NCBI GenBank assembly: GCA_041389005.1
Contig: JAWKSR010000001.1
Span: forward strand, 38,465-102,464
Direction of reading: 5' to 3'
Source: Minisyncoccota bacterium
GTDB taxonomy: Bacteria; Patescibacteriota; Minisyncoccia; Phycocordibacterales; UBA918
Length of the DNA: 64,000 bases
Of the stretch, positions 46,662 through 57,173 are shown in pieces. A model generated the notes under the pieces. The model was given only the letters and a program-made list of their open reading frames with translations. It did not search any database and was not told the origin of the DNA. The position numbers and the translations under genes are program-made. Positions within the stretch are counted from its first letter, which is position 1, and each line of letters begins with the position of its first letter.

Positions 46662-48358
46662 ATGAAGCGAAAACAGACACAACCGAAGAAACATTTTAGT
46701 ACGCTGTATCAATTAGTGTTTGTTAATCGTGCACCTCGTTTGGCTACGTATGTGATGATTGTGGCATTACTAATCCAACCAATCATACCATTGTTCGCGG
46801 CAGAGGAACCGGATGCAACCCCAGCTACTATCACTGATGAACAAGAGTGAAGGACTCCACCACAGAGGTGTCGCCTACGGTAGAAGAGGTAATTGGACAG
46901 GGACGAACCTGATGAAACGGAAGAAGCGCTAGAGCTGGCTACTGCATCAAAGATTCAGATGCTATGGGAAACCACGGCAGACAGTATGACTGCTGAAGAG
47001 TCAAACGAAGCACCTGATGACTCCAGAAGAGGCATACGTGGTTTCGCAAGATGATTCGATAGTGGTGACAGCTAGCTCTTCTTTAGGTACTGATCCTGAG
47101 GCGGAGGAGCAGGATGTTGATGAATCTGCCACTTCAGCTAATCCTGTGGAGAATGAGGCACCTGCCACTACCAGCTCAACAAATAGTGGAGGAGGTGAGA
47201 CTTTGGAGTAGCGGCGAGAAGCAGAGACTGCTGAGGAGAAAATAATGGATTCACAGAAAACAGTGCAACAAGAGCAGAGACCGATGCGTCAGTTGAAGAC
47301 CTGCTGAGCACCAGTACCCTGACGTACGTTGCGAGCAACACCGAAGAGTATAGAGAGGAAACTGAAGCGCACGTGGTGTATAACAACGAAATGTCATTTG
47401 GTGCTAACGAGTGTACTGCAGTCGCTGATGGCTCTTACTACTGTGCTAATCCGTGGAGACGCCAGCCATAGAGACTGACGCTATTTTTGCCAAGTCAGAC
47501 AAAGATGGTGATACCGAGATCTTTATTCAAAAAAATGGAGAGCTCACCCAATTAACTGATAATCAGGTTGATGATCATGCGCCGTACTATGATCAGTAAG
47601 CGAAACGATTGTATGGCACCGACTTATTAACGATCGGTATCAAATTGTCTCCTACGATCTGACTGACGGCTCACGAACACGTGTTAAACCGAGTACAACA
47701 AATAATATGGAGCCAAGTCGTATTGGTGAGCTTACCGTATAAGCAACGTTGGATTGAAGACAACTGGGGAGATTATGCTCTTTGATGGTTCTGGAATTAT
47801 CCAGGTGACATAATTCGGCTCAAGATATTGCTCGAAATACGAGACGGGCATATACTATGGCAAACGATCGAAACTAATGGTGAACGTAGAGTCAGTGTGT
47901 ATGAAATTGCTACCGGACGGCTCTCGCTATTAGTGATACTGACACGGCGGAGTTATCGGTAATCCACGACTGGTACTTTTGTATGAAAAGACCTTCGCCA
48001 ATGGTGATGTAGTCGCGCGGGTATGATTTTGCTACTGGTGAAATCGTTTCCATAGCTGCGCTCCTGCTGAGCGCAGACGAGATACCAGATGGTGATAGTA
48101 CGGGAGAAACACGCGCACTAGCCACAACCAAAAATGAACCGAAAACTGACGTAGAACCAGTAGATGATGATGATACTCCTACCGGTCAAGCAACCACACA
48201 GCTAACAATGCGGTAGCATCATCCTCGACTTTAGCCCTTGATCTTTCCAACAGTACCGATGCAACGACTGAGGTAATGGCTACCAGTAGTCAAAAAAACG
48301 TAATTCTGATGTAGTTATCCCACCTAACGTAGCCAGTTCAAGCGCAGAAACGGGTTAA
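46662..48358 (+). pseudogene. membrane-anchored protein with acidic linker and beta-propeller-like repeats; the most degraded reading frame in the window
   Basis: MKRKQTQPKK..TM ATYVMIVALLIQPIIPLF, then an E/D/T-rich stretch. Fragments across all three + frames: AKSDKDGDTEIFIQKNGELTQLTDNQVDDHAPYYD, IVWHRLINDRYQIVSYDLTDGS, GYDFATGEIVSIAA. No ORF of 75 aa or more over ~1.5 kb. Confidence 0.4.
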
Positions 48359-48693
48359 AATAAGCGTACAACGTTATGAACGAACGTGTTCGCGAAGTTC
48401 GTGTTTTTGGCGATAGGAAAATTTGCTGTGCTTTTTAGCAGCGGCTATTTTCGTGTTTATGAGCATTGCGGACACTTTTTAACAGCACATGCAGCTGAAG
48501 TAACCATCAATGACTCAGTAAAGAAACACCAATGGTACTCGCCATACTCATGTAAATGCCGCTACCGTTTTTGTCAGCAATCAAGTGGGGTATAAATTTG
48601 CCGTTGACTCCGGAGCAGGGGGCGGAACCAATAACACCTGTGTGTATTTCAAAACTACCGATGGTGGTGCTACGTGGGGTTCAGAAGTGGTAG

Positions 48694-49623
48694 TTGATAG
48701 CCAAACCGACTGTCGGGGTAGTGGTTTGGTACGATCAGTGGACAGCAGGAGACACCGGCGATTATATCCATATTGCTACCTATGACAGTGGCTCTGATGC
48801 TATTTGGTACAACCGACTTGATACGGCGAGTGACACTTTACTGATGGGAAGTTCACCAGTTAATGCATCAACAAATTCTGGACAGGGTGGATCGTTTGCT
48901 TCAGGGGCAAACAAACCTTCTATTGCAAAGGGAACTGATGGCACGGTTTATGTTGCCATTGCTGATAATACCGATTCGTTTGTCATCGAGTGTAGTGCCA
49001 GTTGTAACAACACGACCGGTTGGACAGAAACCGGCACCAGCCCCCTTGACGCTACACCAGACTGGCCGTACCTACTACCACTTTCTGGAGGTGACATATT
49101 ACTTATAAACCGTGACGTATCAACCAACGATCTTGAATCCAAAGTATGGAATAACAGTAGTTGGGACGCTACGTTTACCAGTATTGATATCAATGCCCCA
49201 GAAAATAGCACCTACGATGTTGGTATGGCAGCCGTGTACAATCCAAATACCGATGAGGTGTATTTGGCTTACGCTGCTGATAATGCCACTTTAGGAACAG
49301 ACAATGATATTCGTACGGCAGTCTACTCAAGCGGTTCTTGGACTAGTGGACCAGATATCTTAACGGATGATGCTCGTGGTGTTCTTCAAGTAGCAATGAG
49401 TATTGACGAAAATACTGATGATATTTACGTTGCCTACACTATCGGTACTGGCACTACCCATGATGTCTACTGGGCGAGTTCAACATCAGCCTTTAATAGT
49501 TGGGGAGCAGAACAAGGACCGGTCAACGCTAGTAGCGATAACATTTATGGTATCGATCTGAACTATCTCGATGATCAACGTATGTTTGTATCCTGGTACG
49601 AAGCTAGTACGGACGGGATGTAG
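48694..49623 (+). CDS. second giant protein fragment: beta-propeller-like domain
   Basis: Just upstream, in another frame: CVYFKTTDGGATWGSEVVVD (Asp-box S/T.DGG.TW). The ORF carries repeated beta-strand motifs (DIYVAYT, EVYLAYAAD, TVYVAIADN). Confidence 0.65.
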   Translation: MIAKPTVGVVVWYDQWTAGDTGDYIHIATYDSGSDAIWYNRLDTASDTLLMGSSPVNASTNSGQGGSFASGANKPSIAKGTDGTVYVAIADNTDSFVIECSASCNNTTGWTETGTSPLDATPDWPYLLPLSGGDILLINRDVSTNDLESKVWNNSSWDATFTSIDINAPENSTYDVGMAAVYNPNTDEVYLAYAADNATLGTDNDIRTAVYSSGSWTSGPDILTDDARGVLQVAMSIDENTDDIYVAYTIGTGTTHDVYWASSTSAFNSWGAEQGPVNASSDNIYGIDLNYLDDQRMFVSWYEASTDGM

Positions 49624-49659
49624 GGAGACACGATTGCCAACATCGCGCCGGCAACCGTT

Positions 49660-51051
49660 GTGGCAGCAGCAGGCACTCAGCTCAGTACAGTGCGCGCCAG
49701 TTCGAGCGATGTGTATGTGGGTGGACAGTTTGTGGTCACAGAAGCGTCGTTGGCACGAAACGTCACCGATATCACTATCACTGAAAGCGGTACTGTAGAC
49801 GCTACTACTTATTTGAATAACATTCGTCTTTACTACGACCTCGATACTTCAGCCCCTTATGATTGTGCGAGTGAATCATACAGCGGCGCAGAGTCAACGT
49901 TTGGTGCCACCGACACCAATGGTTTCAGCGGTGCTAACGGAGTATCAAGTTTTAGTGACTCAGTGTCTATCACACCGACTCAAGCGTTATGTCTTTACCC
50001 AGTTATGGATGTGTTAAAAGACGCAGCTGATGGAGCAACTATCGAATTAGAAATAAGCAATCCAGCGGGTGACCTCTTGGTCACTGGCGGAGTGGTCGCT
50101 AAACCAAATGAAGTGGTGGCACTTGATGGCACGACTACCATTGTTGACTCTGACCTTACGCAAACTCATTATCACTGGCGAAATGATAATGGTCTGGAAA
50201 CCACTGCAACATCACGAACCAGCGGGAATCAGGACACCCCATTGTCTTCAGTCTTACAAGAAGTGCCAGTGCGGTTGCGCTTTGGTGTATCAAACGAAGG
50301 TTCTACTACGAGTGTACCAACTACCTTTCGGCTTGAGTACGCGCCTACAACTGAAACCTGTGATCTTGCTACCGGTTGGGTGGATGTTGGTGCCACTGAT
50401 GATGATTGGAACCTGTATGACTCAACCTTCTTGGTGAATGGACTTGATACTACTGATATCGCCAATGGTAGCGGTGGTGTTGATAACGAAAACAGCGTTT
50501 TCTTAAGTAGTAACGGCGGTCAACGCGATACCACCTCTGAAACGGGTGCGTTAACACTGGCAACCAATAACTGGGTGGAACTCGAGTATGCCATTGTTGC
50601 GTCTACGACTGCCTCAGAAGGTACCTCATACTGTTTTCGCTTGACCGACCAAGGTGAGACATTAGGTGCTTATAATAATTATCCACGAACAACCGTCGCG
50701 GCCGATGTGCGCGTGGCAGCTACCGGAACACAGGTAGCTAGTGTTGGAGTTGGGGCTAAGGATTTTCATATTGGTGGTGCTTTTACAATCAAAGAAAACA
50801 CCAGTTCGCGCAACGTTACGAGTATTACCATTGGGGAAACTGGTACGGCAGATGGTACCAGTGATATCTCAAGTACGACTTTATACTACGACCTCGATAC
50901 TTCAGCCCCTTATGATTGTGCGAGTGAATCATACAACGGTGCAGAGTCAACGTTTGGTACTCACTCGCTGTCTTTACTACTGATAATGGCACGACAACAT
51001 TTACTGATTCAGTGGGCATATCCACCACTGCTACTATGTGTGTCTACGTAG
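49660..51051 (+). CDS. second giant protein fragment: repeat unit 1 plus start of unit 2
   Basis: VYVGGQFVVTEASLARNVTDITITESGTVD..LYYDLDTSAPYDCASESYSGAESTFG; THYHWRNDNGLE..VRLRFGVSNEG..FRLEYAP..C..WVDVG..WVELEYAIV..SYCFRLTDQGETLGAYNNYP. The unit then restarts at ~50700. Confidence 0.75.
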   Translation: MAAAGTQLSTVRASSSDVYVGGQFVVTEASLARNVTDITITESGTVDATTYLNNIRLYYDLDTSAPYDCASESYSGAESTFGATDTNGFSGANGVSSFSDSVSITPTQALCLYPVMDVLKDAADGATIELEISNPAGDLLVTGGVVAKPNEVVALDGTTTIVDSDLTQTHYHWRNDNGLETTATSRTSGNQDTPLSSVLQEVPVRLRFGVSNEGSTTSVPTTFRLEYAPTTETCDLATGWVDVGATDDDWNLYDSTFLVNGLDTTDIANGSGGVDNENSVFLSSNGGQRDTTSETGALTLATNNWVELEYAIVASTTASEGTSYCFRLTDQGETLGAYNNYPRTTVAADVRVAATGTQVASVGVGAKDFHIGGAFTIKENTSSRNVTSITIGETGTADGTSDISSTTLYYDLDTSAPYDCASESYNGAESTFGTHSLSLLLIMARQHLLIQWAYPPLLLCVST

Positions 51052-51460
51052 TGACAAATGTGGCAGTGCTTGCCCCAAAATATGGCACTACCATTGATTT
51101 CAATTTACCAGATGGAGGCAATGATGTAGTGGTCTCAGGCAACGGCTCAACCGCTCCGTCAATATAATTGACATTACGGGGTCTACCACGATTGCTGGAC
51201 CGATTGTAACCCAGACTCATTACCACTGGCGTAATGAGTAATGGTTCAGAAACCAGCGCCACTTCTGCTACTGGCGGAGTGGAGGTTACCGTTCTTACTG
51301 ACTTTGCGCTTTCTACTCCTGTGCGTGTACGCTTTGGTCTCTCCAATAAAGGCGCGACTTCCACGCAAGCGGCGCAGTATCAGCTCGAACCACGGTATCA
51401 AACTCACATCGTGCAGTAATGTGGTACGGTATGGACGGCTGTTGATACTCTCAGTGATGC

Positions 51461-53092
51461 GTGGGATATGTTGACTCCAGTAATCTTACCAACGGTGAGA
51501 CGACAACCAATATCCCAGAGGGAGACGGTGGTGTTAGTAACGAAAACACCAGCTTCCTTAGTAGTAACGGTGGGGTGCGTGATACTGAGGCGCTTTCAGG
51601 CACTACAACTTTGACGGAAGCGCAGTATGTCGACTTAGAATTTAGTATCGCCTCGACCAAAGACACCAGCAACGATACTGCATATTGTTTTCGAGTTACT
51701 GACCAAGGAAATCCATTGCCGGTGTATGACACCTACGCAGAACTCGAGACCGTATCGCGCCGGGACTTTTTCGTACAACGTGCCACTACAACTGTTAGTG
51801 GTACTTCGACTGTCCTTGTCGCTGGTGTGGATTACACAGCACCAAGTTCAACTGCCAGTGCTTTCATTCGTATCACCAATACTCACCATACCGGGGCTGG
51901 TCAAGATGGGACGTTAGCTGCACCTGGTGGTAGTCAAAATGCCGATGACTATGGTGTGTATATTGAAAATCCTGATAACTTACTCACCTCTATCACCCTC
52001 GCGCGCGATGGAGACTCAATTAACAACTCGTATGTTGCTTGGGAGATTGTCGAGTATATCGGTGCAGCTGGTTCCGATAACGAAATGATCGTTCGCGATA
52101 GTGGAGTTGTGACTTATGCAGGAACTGATACTGTAGCGACCGGCACCACAGTCGCCACAGTGTCTGATGATAGCGATGTTGTGGTCTTCATTACGGGACA
52201 AAACCATCGTGGTGGTAACCGGACAGAGGCGTTTGCCCATCAGTCCACCGCATCATGGAATACAAGTAGCGCGGTGCCGGTGTTTGAACGCGGCGCAAGT
52301 GGTAACAATGCCGGACAAGTGAGTTACGCGGTGGTGGAGTTTACGGGACTGAATTGGAAGGTACAACGGGCAGAACATACGTACAGTGCTGCCGGGGTGG
52401 CTGAGACTGAAGATATTACAGCAGTCAATAGTCTCGAACGGACTTTTCTACATACGCAAAAACGCTACGGACTAATTGATGACCTTGATGACTTCGGACA
52501 CGAAGTCTATCTCTCAAGTTTGGGGGCAGTCACATTTTTGCTGGAGACTGACGCTGACATTGCACAAAACCATATATCCGTTGCCTGGGTCATCGAAAAC
52601 ACGCAGACAGGAACTGGTGCTATGGAAGTCAGACGTAATAACGGTATAACCCTTGGGGGAACGGAGCCGCTTTCCATATCGGTGTCTTTCCCATCTGGAG
52701 TAAACGCGATTAACAATGCGTCTATCTTCGGTATGTCGTACCATGATCAAACAGGAACAGCATACCCGAGAGTATTAGCAGGTTTGATACTGACCTCTAC
52801 TTCAACCTACGAAGTGTGGCGCAGTGATACAGGGGGCGCCTTAAACTACCGGGTAGAAGTGGTGCAGTGGCCAGTTGCTGACTTGGCAATACGACAGAAT
52901 GACTATCGCTTTTATGTTGATAATGATCAACTATTGCCAGTCGATGCCTGGCCACCAGGAGCCGCTAGCATTGGTGAAAACACGCCGATTACCGCTGTAG
53001 ATGAGCCCTTGGCAGAAGGAGACGTGGTGCGTATTCGGATGACGGTGCAAGCTAATAACGCTACGCTACCAGCTGGTCTTAAGGCTTTTTAA
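51461..53092 (+). CDS. second giant protein fragment: end of module 2, unassigned ~380-aa region, start of module 3
   Basis: YVDLEFSIASTKDTSNDTAYCFRVTDQGNPLPVYDTYAE, then a long unassigned region, then DYRFYVDNDQLLPVDAWPPG..GDVVRIRMTVQANNATLPAG. Confidence 0.75.
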   Translation: MGYVDSSNLTNGETTTNIPEGDGGVSNENTSFLSSNGGVRDTEALSGTTTLTEAQYVDLEFSIASTKDTSNDTAYCFRVTDQGNPLPVYDTYAELETVSRRDFFVQRATTTVSGTSTVLVAGVDYTAPSSTASAFIRITNTHHTGAGQDGTLAAPGGSQNADDYGVYIENPDNLLTSITLARDGDSINNSYVAWEIVEYIGAAGSDNEMIVRDSGVVTYAGTDTVATGTTVATVSDDSDVVVFITGQNHRGGNRTEAFAHQSTASWNTSSAVPVFERGASGNNAGQVSYAVVEFTGLNWKVQRAEHTYSAAGVAETEDITAVNSLERTFLHTQKRYGLIDDLDDFGHEVYLSSLGAVTFLLETDADIAQNHISVAWVIENTQTGTGAMEVRRNNGITLGGTEPLSISVSFPSGVNAINNASIFGMSYHDQTGTAYPRVLAGLILTSTSTYEVWRSDTGGALNYRVEVVQWPVADLAIRQNDYRFYVDNDQLLPVDAWPPGAASIGENTPITAVDEPLAEGDVVRIRMTVQANNATLPAGLKAF

Positions 53093-53173
53093 ATTACAAT
53101 ACGGCGTGCAGGACACAACCTGTTCAGCGGTGGCAAGTTGGATTGATGTTGGGGCAGTTGGCTCAGGCGAAAT

Positions 53174-53629
53174 TTGGCGCGGGTACGATACCGCTTTGTC
53201 AGACGGTACTGCACGTCTCTGGTGATCCCCCCAACTGGCGGAGACTTACTTATTGCTACTGCTGATGTTGCGGGGCGATTTGAAGAACAGAATCCTTCAA
53301 CTGCTAACCCGTACTCAGCTGGAGATGGGGAAGACACCGAGTATGACTGGGTGGTCGAACAAAATGGCGCGCGACAGCGTACCACCTACTGCTTCCGCAT
53401 GATCAACAGCGGCGATTCACCGCTTGACGGGTATCTTGATTACCCACAATTGCGTACAGAAGGTTATACCCCCGTAACACAAGATTGGCAGTGGTTCGAT
53501 GATGAAACGAATGAAACACCAAGCAGTCCACTGGCTGCCACGAACACAGCACCTTCAGCTACTGAAAAAGGAAATACCATTAAACTACGTGTTTCTGTAG
53601 CAGAGCTCAAGGAACTTACCCCAAGCTGA
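53174..53629 (+). CDS. second giant protein fragment: end of module 3, start of module 4
   Basis: EYDWVVEQNGARQRTTYCFRMINSGDSPLDGYLDYPQLRT, then DWQWFDDETNE..NTIKLRVSVAE. Confidence 0.7.
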   Translation: MARVRYRFVRRYCTSLVIPPTGGDLLIATADVAGRFEEQNPSTANPYSAGDGEDTEYDWVVEQNGARQRTTYCFRMINSGDSPLDGYLDYPQLRTEGYTPVTQDWQWFDDETNETPSSPLAATNTAPSATEKGNTIKLRVSVAELKELTPS

Positions 53630-54328
53630 CGCACGGTTCAAGTTGCAGTTTTCTGAATACGCTGATTTTTACCGTGGCTACTGATGTCGCGGCAACCAGT
53701 AGTTGTATTGCCAGCTCCACTTGGTGTTATGCCATACTGCAGACATCGACAACGCCACCATCACCACCAGTGTACTGACGAACGTGACGGCTGTGTTGCT
53801 GGGTTGGGCGCTGGGTGTGGTGTTCACAATGAATCACCTAATCAGTTAACCGGCTTCACACACAATGGCAGTACAACCATCGAGATGGAGTTTACGGTGT
53901 ATTTCACTAATATGATCATGTGGTTATGGCAAACTCTATTATTTCCGTCTTTTCGACTTGCAAAGTGGAACACCCGTCATACCAAACAGTGGTGAAGCGT
54001 ATCCTTCTATTGTCGGTGAACCGGCGGAGTTAACGTTTACCGTTGATGGAGTTAGTTCTAGTACGGTAACAAGAAGGCATCACCACCGATGTTGATACAA
54101 CAGCCACTTCCATACCATTCGGGCAGATTGCATTAGATACTGAATACGAAGGGGCATATCGACTAACGGTTGATACCAACGCTCTAGAAGGCTACCAGGT
54201 CTTAATGTATAGCACCCAAGACCTCTTAAGCAGTATTGGCGAAGACATTGACCCGATCACGAGTAGCAACAGTACTCCGGTAGCATGGAGTACTGCTTGC
54301 GTGTTTTGGGTACCACGCAGGAGATGAT

Positions 54329-54526
54329 GTGCTAGGAGCAGGTTCAACGCGATTTGCGCCGAATGATAGCTACGCAGCTGCCAGCACAACTCCAGCTGAG
54401 ATTATGTACAGCTCCACCCCGACTACCGACACAGAAGATGTTGTGTATAAATTACAGATCACTGACCAACAGCCAGCCGGAGATTACGCCACGAACATTG
54501 TATACTTAGTAATACCAGTGTTTTAG
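54329..54526 (+). CDS. second giant protein C-terminal fragment (WxL-like tail)
   Basis: YAAASTTPAEIMYSSTPTTDTEDVVYKLQITDQQPAGDYATNIVYLVIPVF parallels WVAASTTPREIFSHDGP..VGYQIEISPLQEAADDYSTTLTYIATPTF of 1363-2496. Confidence 0.7.
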   Translation: MLGAGSTRFAPNDSYAAASTTPAEIMYSSTPTTDTEDVVYKLQITDQQPAGDYATNIVYLVIPVF

Positions 54527-54528
54527 TT

Positions 54529-55533
54529 ATGTGGTATCGCGTATCTTTCAGCCTTTTCTTGCTTGTTTTTCTACCAACGGTAGTAGCTGCGCAAGCTATC
54601 AATCACAAAGTCACACCCCGAGTCATTGATCGAGAGGTTGAACCACGGGAGGCCTACCAGGAAGTGCTTACTATTGAGAACTTTCAGCCGCATAAGATCA
54701 CTCTTTTCCCGTCAGTCAACGCTGTTACGGTTGATGCGGGAGGGGATATTGTGGATTTTGTGCCACCCTCTATGTCAGATAACCGGGTAACAGTCACGAG
54801 CTGGCTCGAAATCAGCCGGGCTGGTATTGAGTTGGGTCCCGGAGCCACCACGTCACTGCCACTAACAATTGACATCCATCCACAAGCAGAACCAGGTGTC
54901 TATCACGCTTTTGTGGGATTTGGTACTGGTAGAAACCGAGATATTGCCGAGCAACAGGTAGCACAAGGCATTGCACCGGGTGTCGTGGTAACGCTTTCGG
55001 TCAGTCAAAATAACTACGAGTCATTGCGTTTAGATGGGTTTTATATTGATCGCTTTATTACGGGTTCGGGAGATAATACAGTTACCTACACACTCAAGAA
55101 TCCTGGTGTAGCAGCAGTAGTACCACGAGGTGAGATCATCGTTTCCAACAACCGAGGTGAGGAAGTGCGAACTATACCAGTCAATCCAGAGGCTTTGGAG
55201 CTTGGCGCAAACGAAACTCGCGTTCACACAGCATCACTTGATACCAGTAATTTATTGGGGAAATACAAGGCTTTTTTAACAGTTGATTACGGTAGCGAGC
55301 AATTGGTCTCAGTGTATGACACCGTTTTCTTTTACGTGGTTCCATGGCGGCAGATCCTGATTTTCTTTGGCGTCATCAGTTTTATCGTTATACTATTGAC
55401 ACTAATCATTTATCGCCGTTATGAGACTGATGAAGAAGAGGATGATGAGCATGGAGCAGATTACATACCACTCTTTATTAAAGCAGATCGCTCGACCGAA
55501 CGAGATCACGATATTGATCTTAAAAATCGTTAG
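54529..55533 (+). CDS. WxL-interacting-protein-like two-domain membrane protein
   Basis: Intact 334-aa ORF. Signal peptide ends in VVAAQA. HPQAEPGVYHAFVGFG; TLKNPGVAAVVPRGEIIV; C-terminal TM ILIFFGVISFIVILLTLIIY + acidic tail. Same architecture as 2585-3672. Confidence 0.8.
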   Translation: MWYRVSFSLFLLVFLPTVVAAQAINHKVTPRVIDREVEPREAYQEVLTIENFQPHKITLFPSVNAVTVDAGGDIVDFVPPSMSDNRVTVTSWLEISRAGIELGPGATTSLPLTIDIHPQAEPGVYHAFVGFGTGRNRDIAEQQVAQGIAPGVVVTLSVSQNNYESLRLDGFYIDRFITGSGDNTVTYTLKNPGVAAVVPRGEIIVSNNRGEEVRTIPVNPEALELGANETRVHTASLDTSNLLGKYKAFLTVDYGSEQLVSVYDTVFFYVVPWRQILIFFGVISFIVILLTLIIYRRYETDEEEDDEHGADYIPLFIKADRSTERDHDIDLKNR

Positions 55534-57142
55534 CCTACTTTTTGTAGTTGTATGGTTTTGGAGTGTGTCAACGGTTTACGCGCAAAATGCCTTAACACTG
55601 TCGGTCACGCCTTCACTCTTTCAAGTTTCAGCAGAACCAGGACAACAATGGCAGAGCTCTGTAAAGATGGTCAACACCAACTCATACCCCATCACCGTCT
55701 ATGCGGAGGCGGTTAACTTTGCACCGCGGGATGAAGCCGGACATGGTAAGTTCATTCCGGTTTTTGCCGAATTAACTGAAGGAACGACGTTGGCCGAATG
55801 GATTCATTTAGACAAAGAGCAAGCCATCACAATCGAACCTGAAGCCAGTGCGGTAATCCCATTAACAATCTTAGTACCCGAAGATGCATCGCCAGTCGGA
55901 CACTTCGGCGCTATCTTGATCGGAACAAGACCACCGGGTGAAGATAGTTCGTTGGCAGTGAAGACATCACAAATTGTTTCGTCTCTTCTGTTCATGCGGA
56001 TTGAAGGTGATGTGGTAGAGAAAGGTGTTATTCGTTCTTTCTCAGTGGCTAAACGTCTGGTTGAGACACCAGACGCCACATTCAACGTGCGGTTTGAAAA
56101 TCGTGGCAATGTTCACTTACAGCCCCAAGGACAGATTGTTATTAGTAATATGTGGGGGAAGCGGCGTGGTGTTATTCCGATCAATTACAGTACTCACTTT
56201 GGTAATGTCTTACCTGATAGTATTCGTACGTTTACCTTTGATTGGCACGGAGAACGATCGTGGCTCGATATTGGTCGCTACCATGCGGAGGTCAGTCTAG
56301 CGTACGGAAACGATCTGAAAAACTTTGAGACTCGGGAGCTTGCCTTTTGGGTTCTACCGCTTAAGCCGTTGTTTATTACGCTCCTCGTCATTGTCTTCAG
56401 TATCTGGTTCCTTACGTGGATGGTGCGACGTTACATCGAACGCATGCTCCTTTTAGCGGGGGTACCAACCCAACAGCGCACCACTACTATCTTACGCCGG
56501 CGCCGGTCACATCTTGTGTACGATGGAGATCTCGATATGCGGTCCTACCGAGCCCTTAGCGCACCAGTACGTAGTGGTGTAAGTGATTTACTTACCAGAT
56601 TACGAGCAATTAAGGCTTTGCCGGACTTAGTTCGTTCGTTAGGGCAGTTTATATATTTATATCAAAAATTCTTTTTTGCCCTTTTTGGAGTCGGGGTACT
56701 GGTGGTATTGGGGTATTGGTATATATATGAAGTGACTACTACGGATCGCCCGTATGATGTAAGTATTCAAAATCCTGACCAAACCGTTGCTCTCAACTCA
56801 GAAGAGATTCAATTCCAAGAGTTAATAAAAAATGAAAATCAATCAGAGACAGGCACTGTGCAATCGTATGACTTACATATCGTTAACACGAGCGGAGTGC
56901 CTGGTGCAGCGGCTCTTGTGTCAGTAGATCTTTATACACAGGGGTACCAGATTAATAAGGTTGGAATAGAAGAAGCGCGGGTACAAGAGCGCACGGTCAT
57001 TGTGTATGACCTCGCGGTACAGGAAGAAGCCCTGTTGCTAAGTAAACGACTTGATAATGCTTTGTTGTCTTCTCGTCCTGGTAGTGAAGACACTTCTAAT
57101 ATCATCACAGTGTTTGTCGGAAAAGACCTCACCTCAAAATAA
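55421..57142 (+). CDS. WxL-interacting-protein-like two-domain membrane protein fused to a cytoplasmic-side LytR_C-like domain
   Basis: The ORF overlaps the upstream gene; the likely start is ATG 55451 or TTG ~55514, before signal peptide ILKIVSLLFVVVWFWSVSTVYAQ. PEDASPVGHFGAILIG; RFENRGNVHLQPQGQIVI; GRYHAEVSLAYG; TM PLFITLLVIVFSIWFLTWMV; second TM. C-terminus YDLHIVNTSGVPGAAALVSVDLYTQGYQINKVG..RTVIVYD..ITVFVGKDL fits the LytR_C pattern. Confidence 0.8.
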   Translation: MRLMKKRMMSMEQITYHSLLKQIARPNEITILILKIVSLLFVVVWFWSVSTVYAQNALTLSVTPSLFQVSAEPGQQWQSSVKMVNTNSYPITVYAEAVNFAPRDEAGHGKFIPVFAELTEGTTLAEWIHLDKEQAITIEPEASAVIPLTILVPEDASPVGHFGAILIGTRPPGEDSSLAVKTSQIVSSLLFMRIEGDVVEKGVIRSFSVAKRLVETPDATFNVRFENRGNVHLQPQGQIVISNMWGKRRGVIPINYSTHFGNVLPDSIRTFTFDWHGERSWLDIGRYHAEVSLAYGNDLKNFETRELAFWVLPLKPLFITLLVIVFSIWFLTWMVRRYIERMLLLAGVPTQQRTTTILRRRRSHLVYDGDLDMRSYRALSAPVRSGVSDLLTRLRAIKALPDLVRSLGQFIYLYQKFFFALFGVGVLVVLGYWYIYEVTTTDRPYDVSIQNPDQTVALNSEEIQFQELIKNENQSETGTVQSYDLHIVNTSGVPGAAALVSVDLYTQGYQINKVGIEEARVQERTVIVYDLAVQEEALLLSKRLDNALLSSRPGSEDTSNIITVFVGKDLTSK

Positions 57143-57173
57143 TAAGACTGAAAACTAGTGAAGAAAGGTTCGT

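Larger units (their letters stand above)
48376..54526 (+). pseudogene. composite second giant surface protein (~6.1 kb): Asp-box propeller-like N-domain, four YCFR-type modules, WxL-like C-terminal domain; at least 10 frame breaks
   Basis: Consecutive + strand fragments with continuing sequence. Signal-like N-terminus at ~48376-48500. The C-terminal domain is homologous to that of 1363-2496. The next gene starts 3 nt after the stop. Confidence 0.6.
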
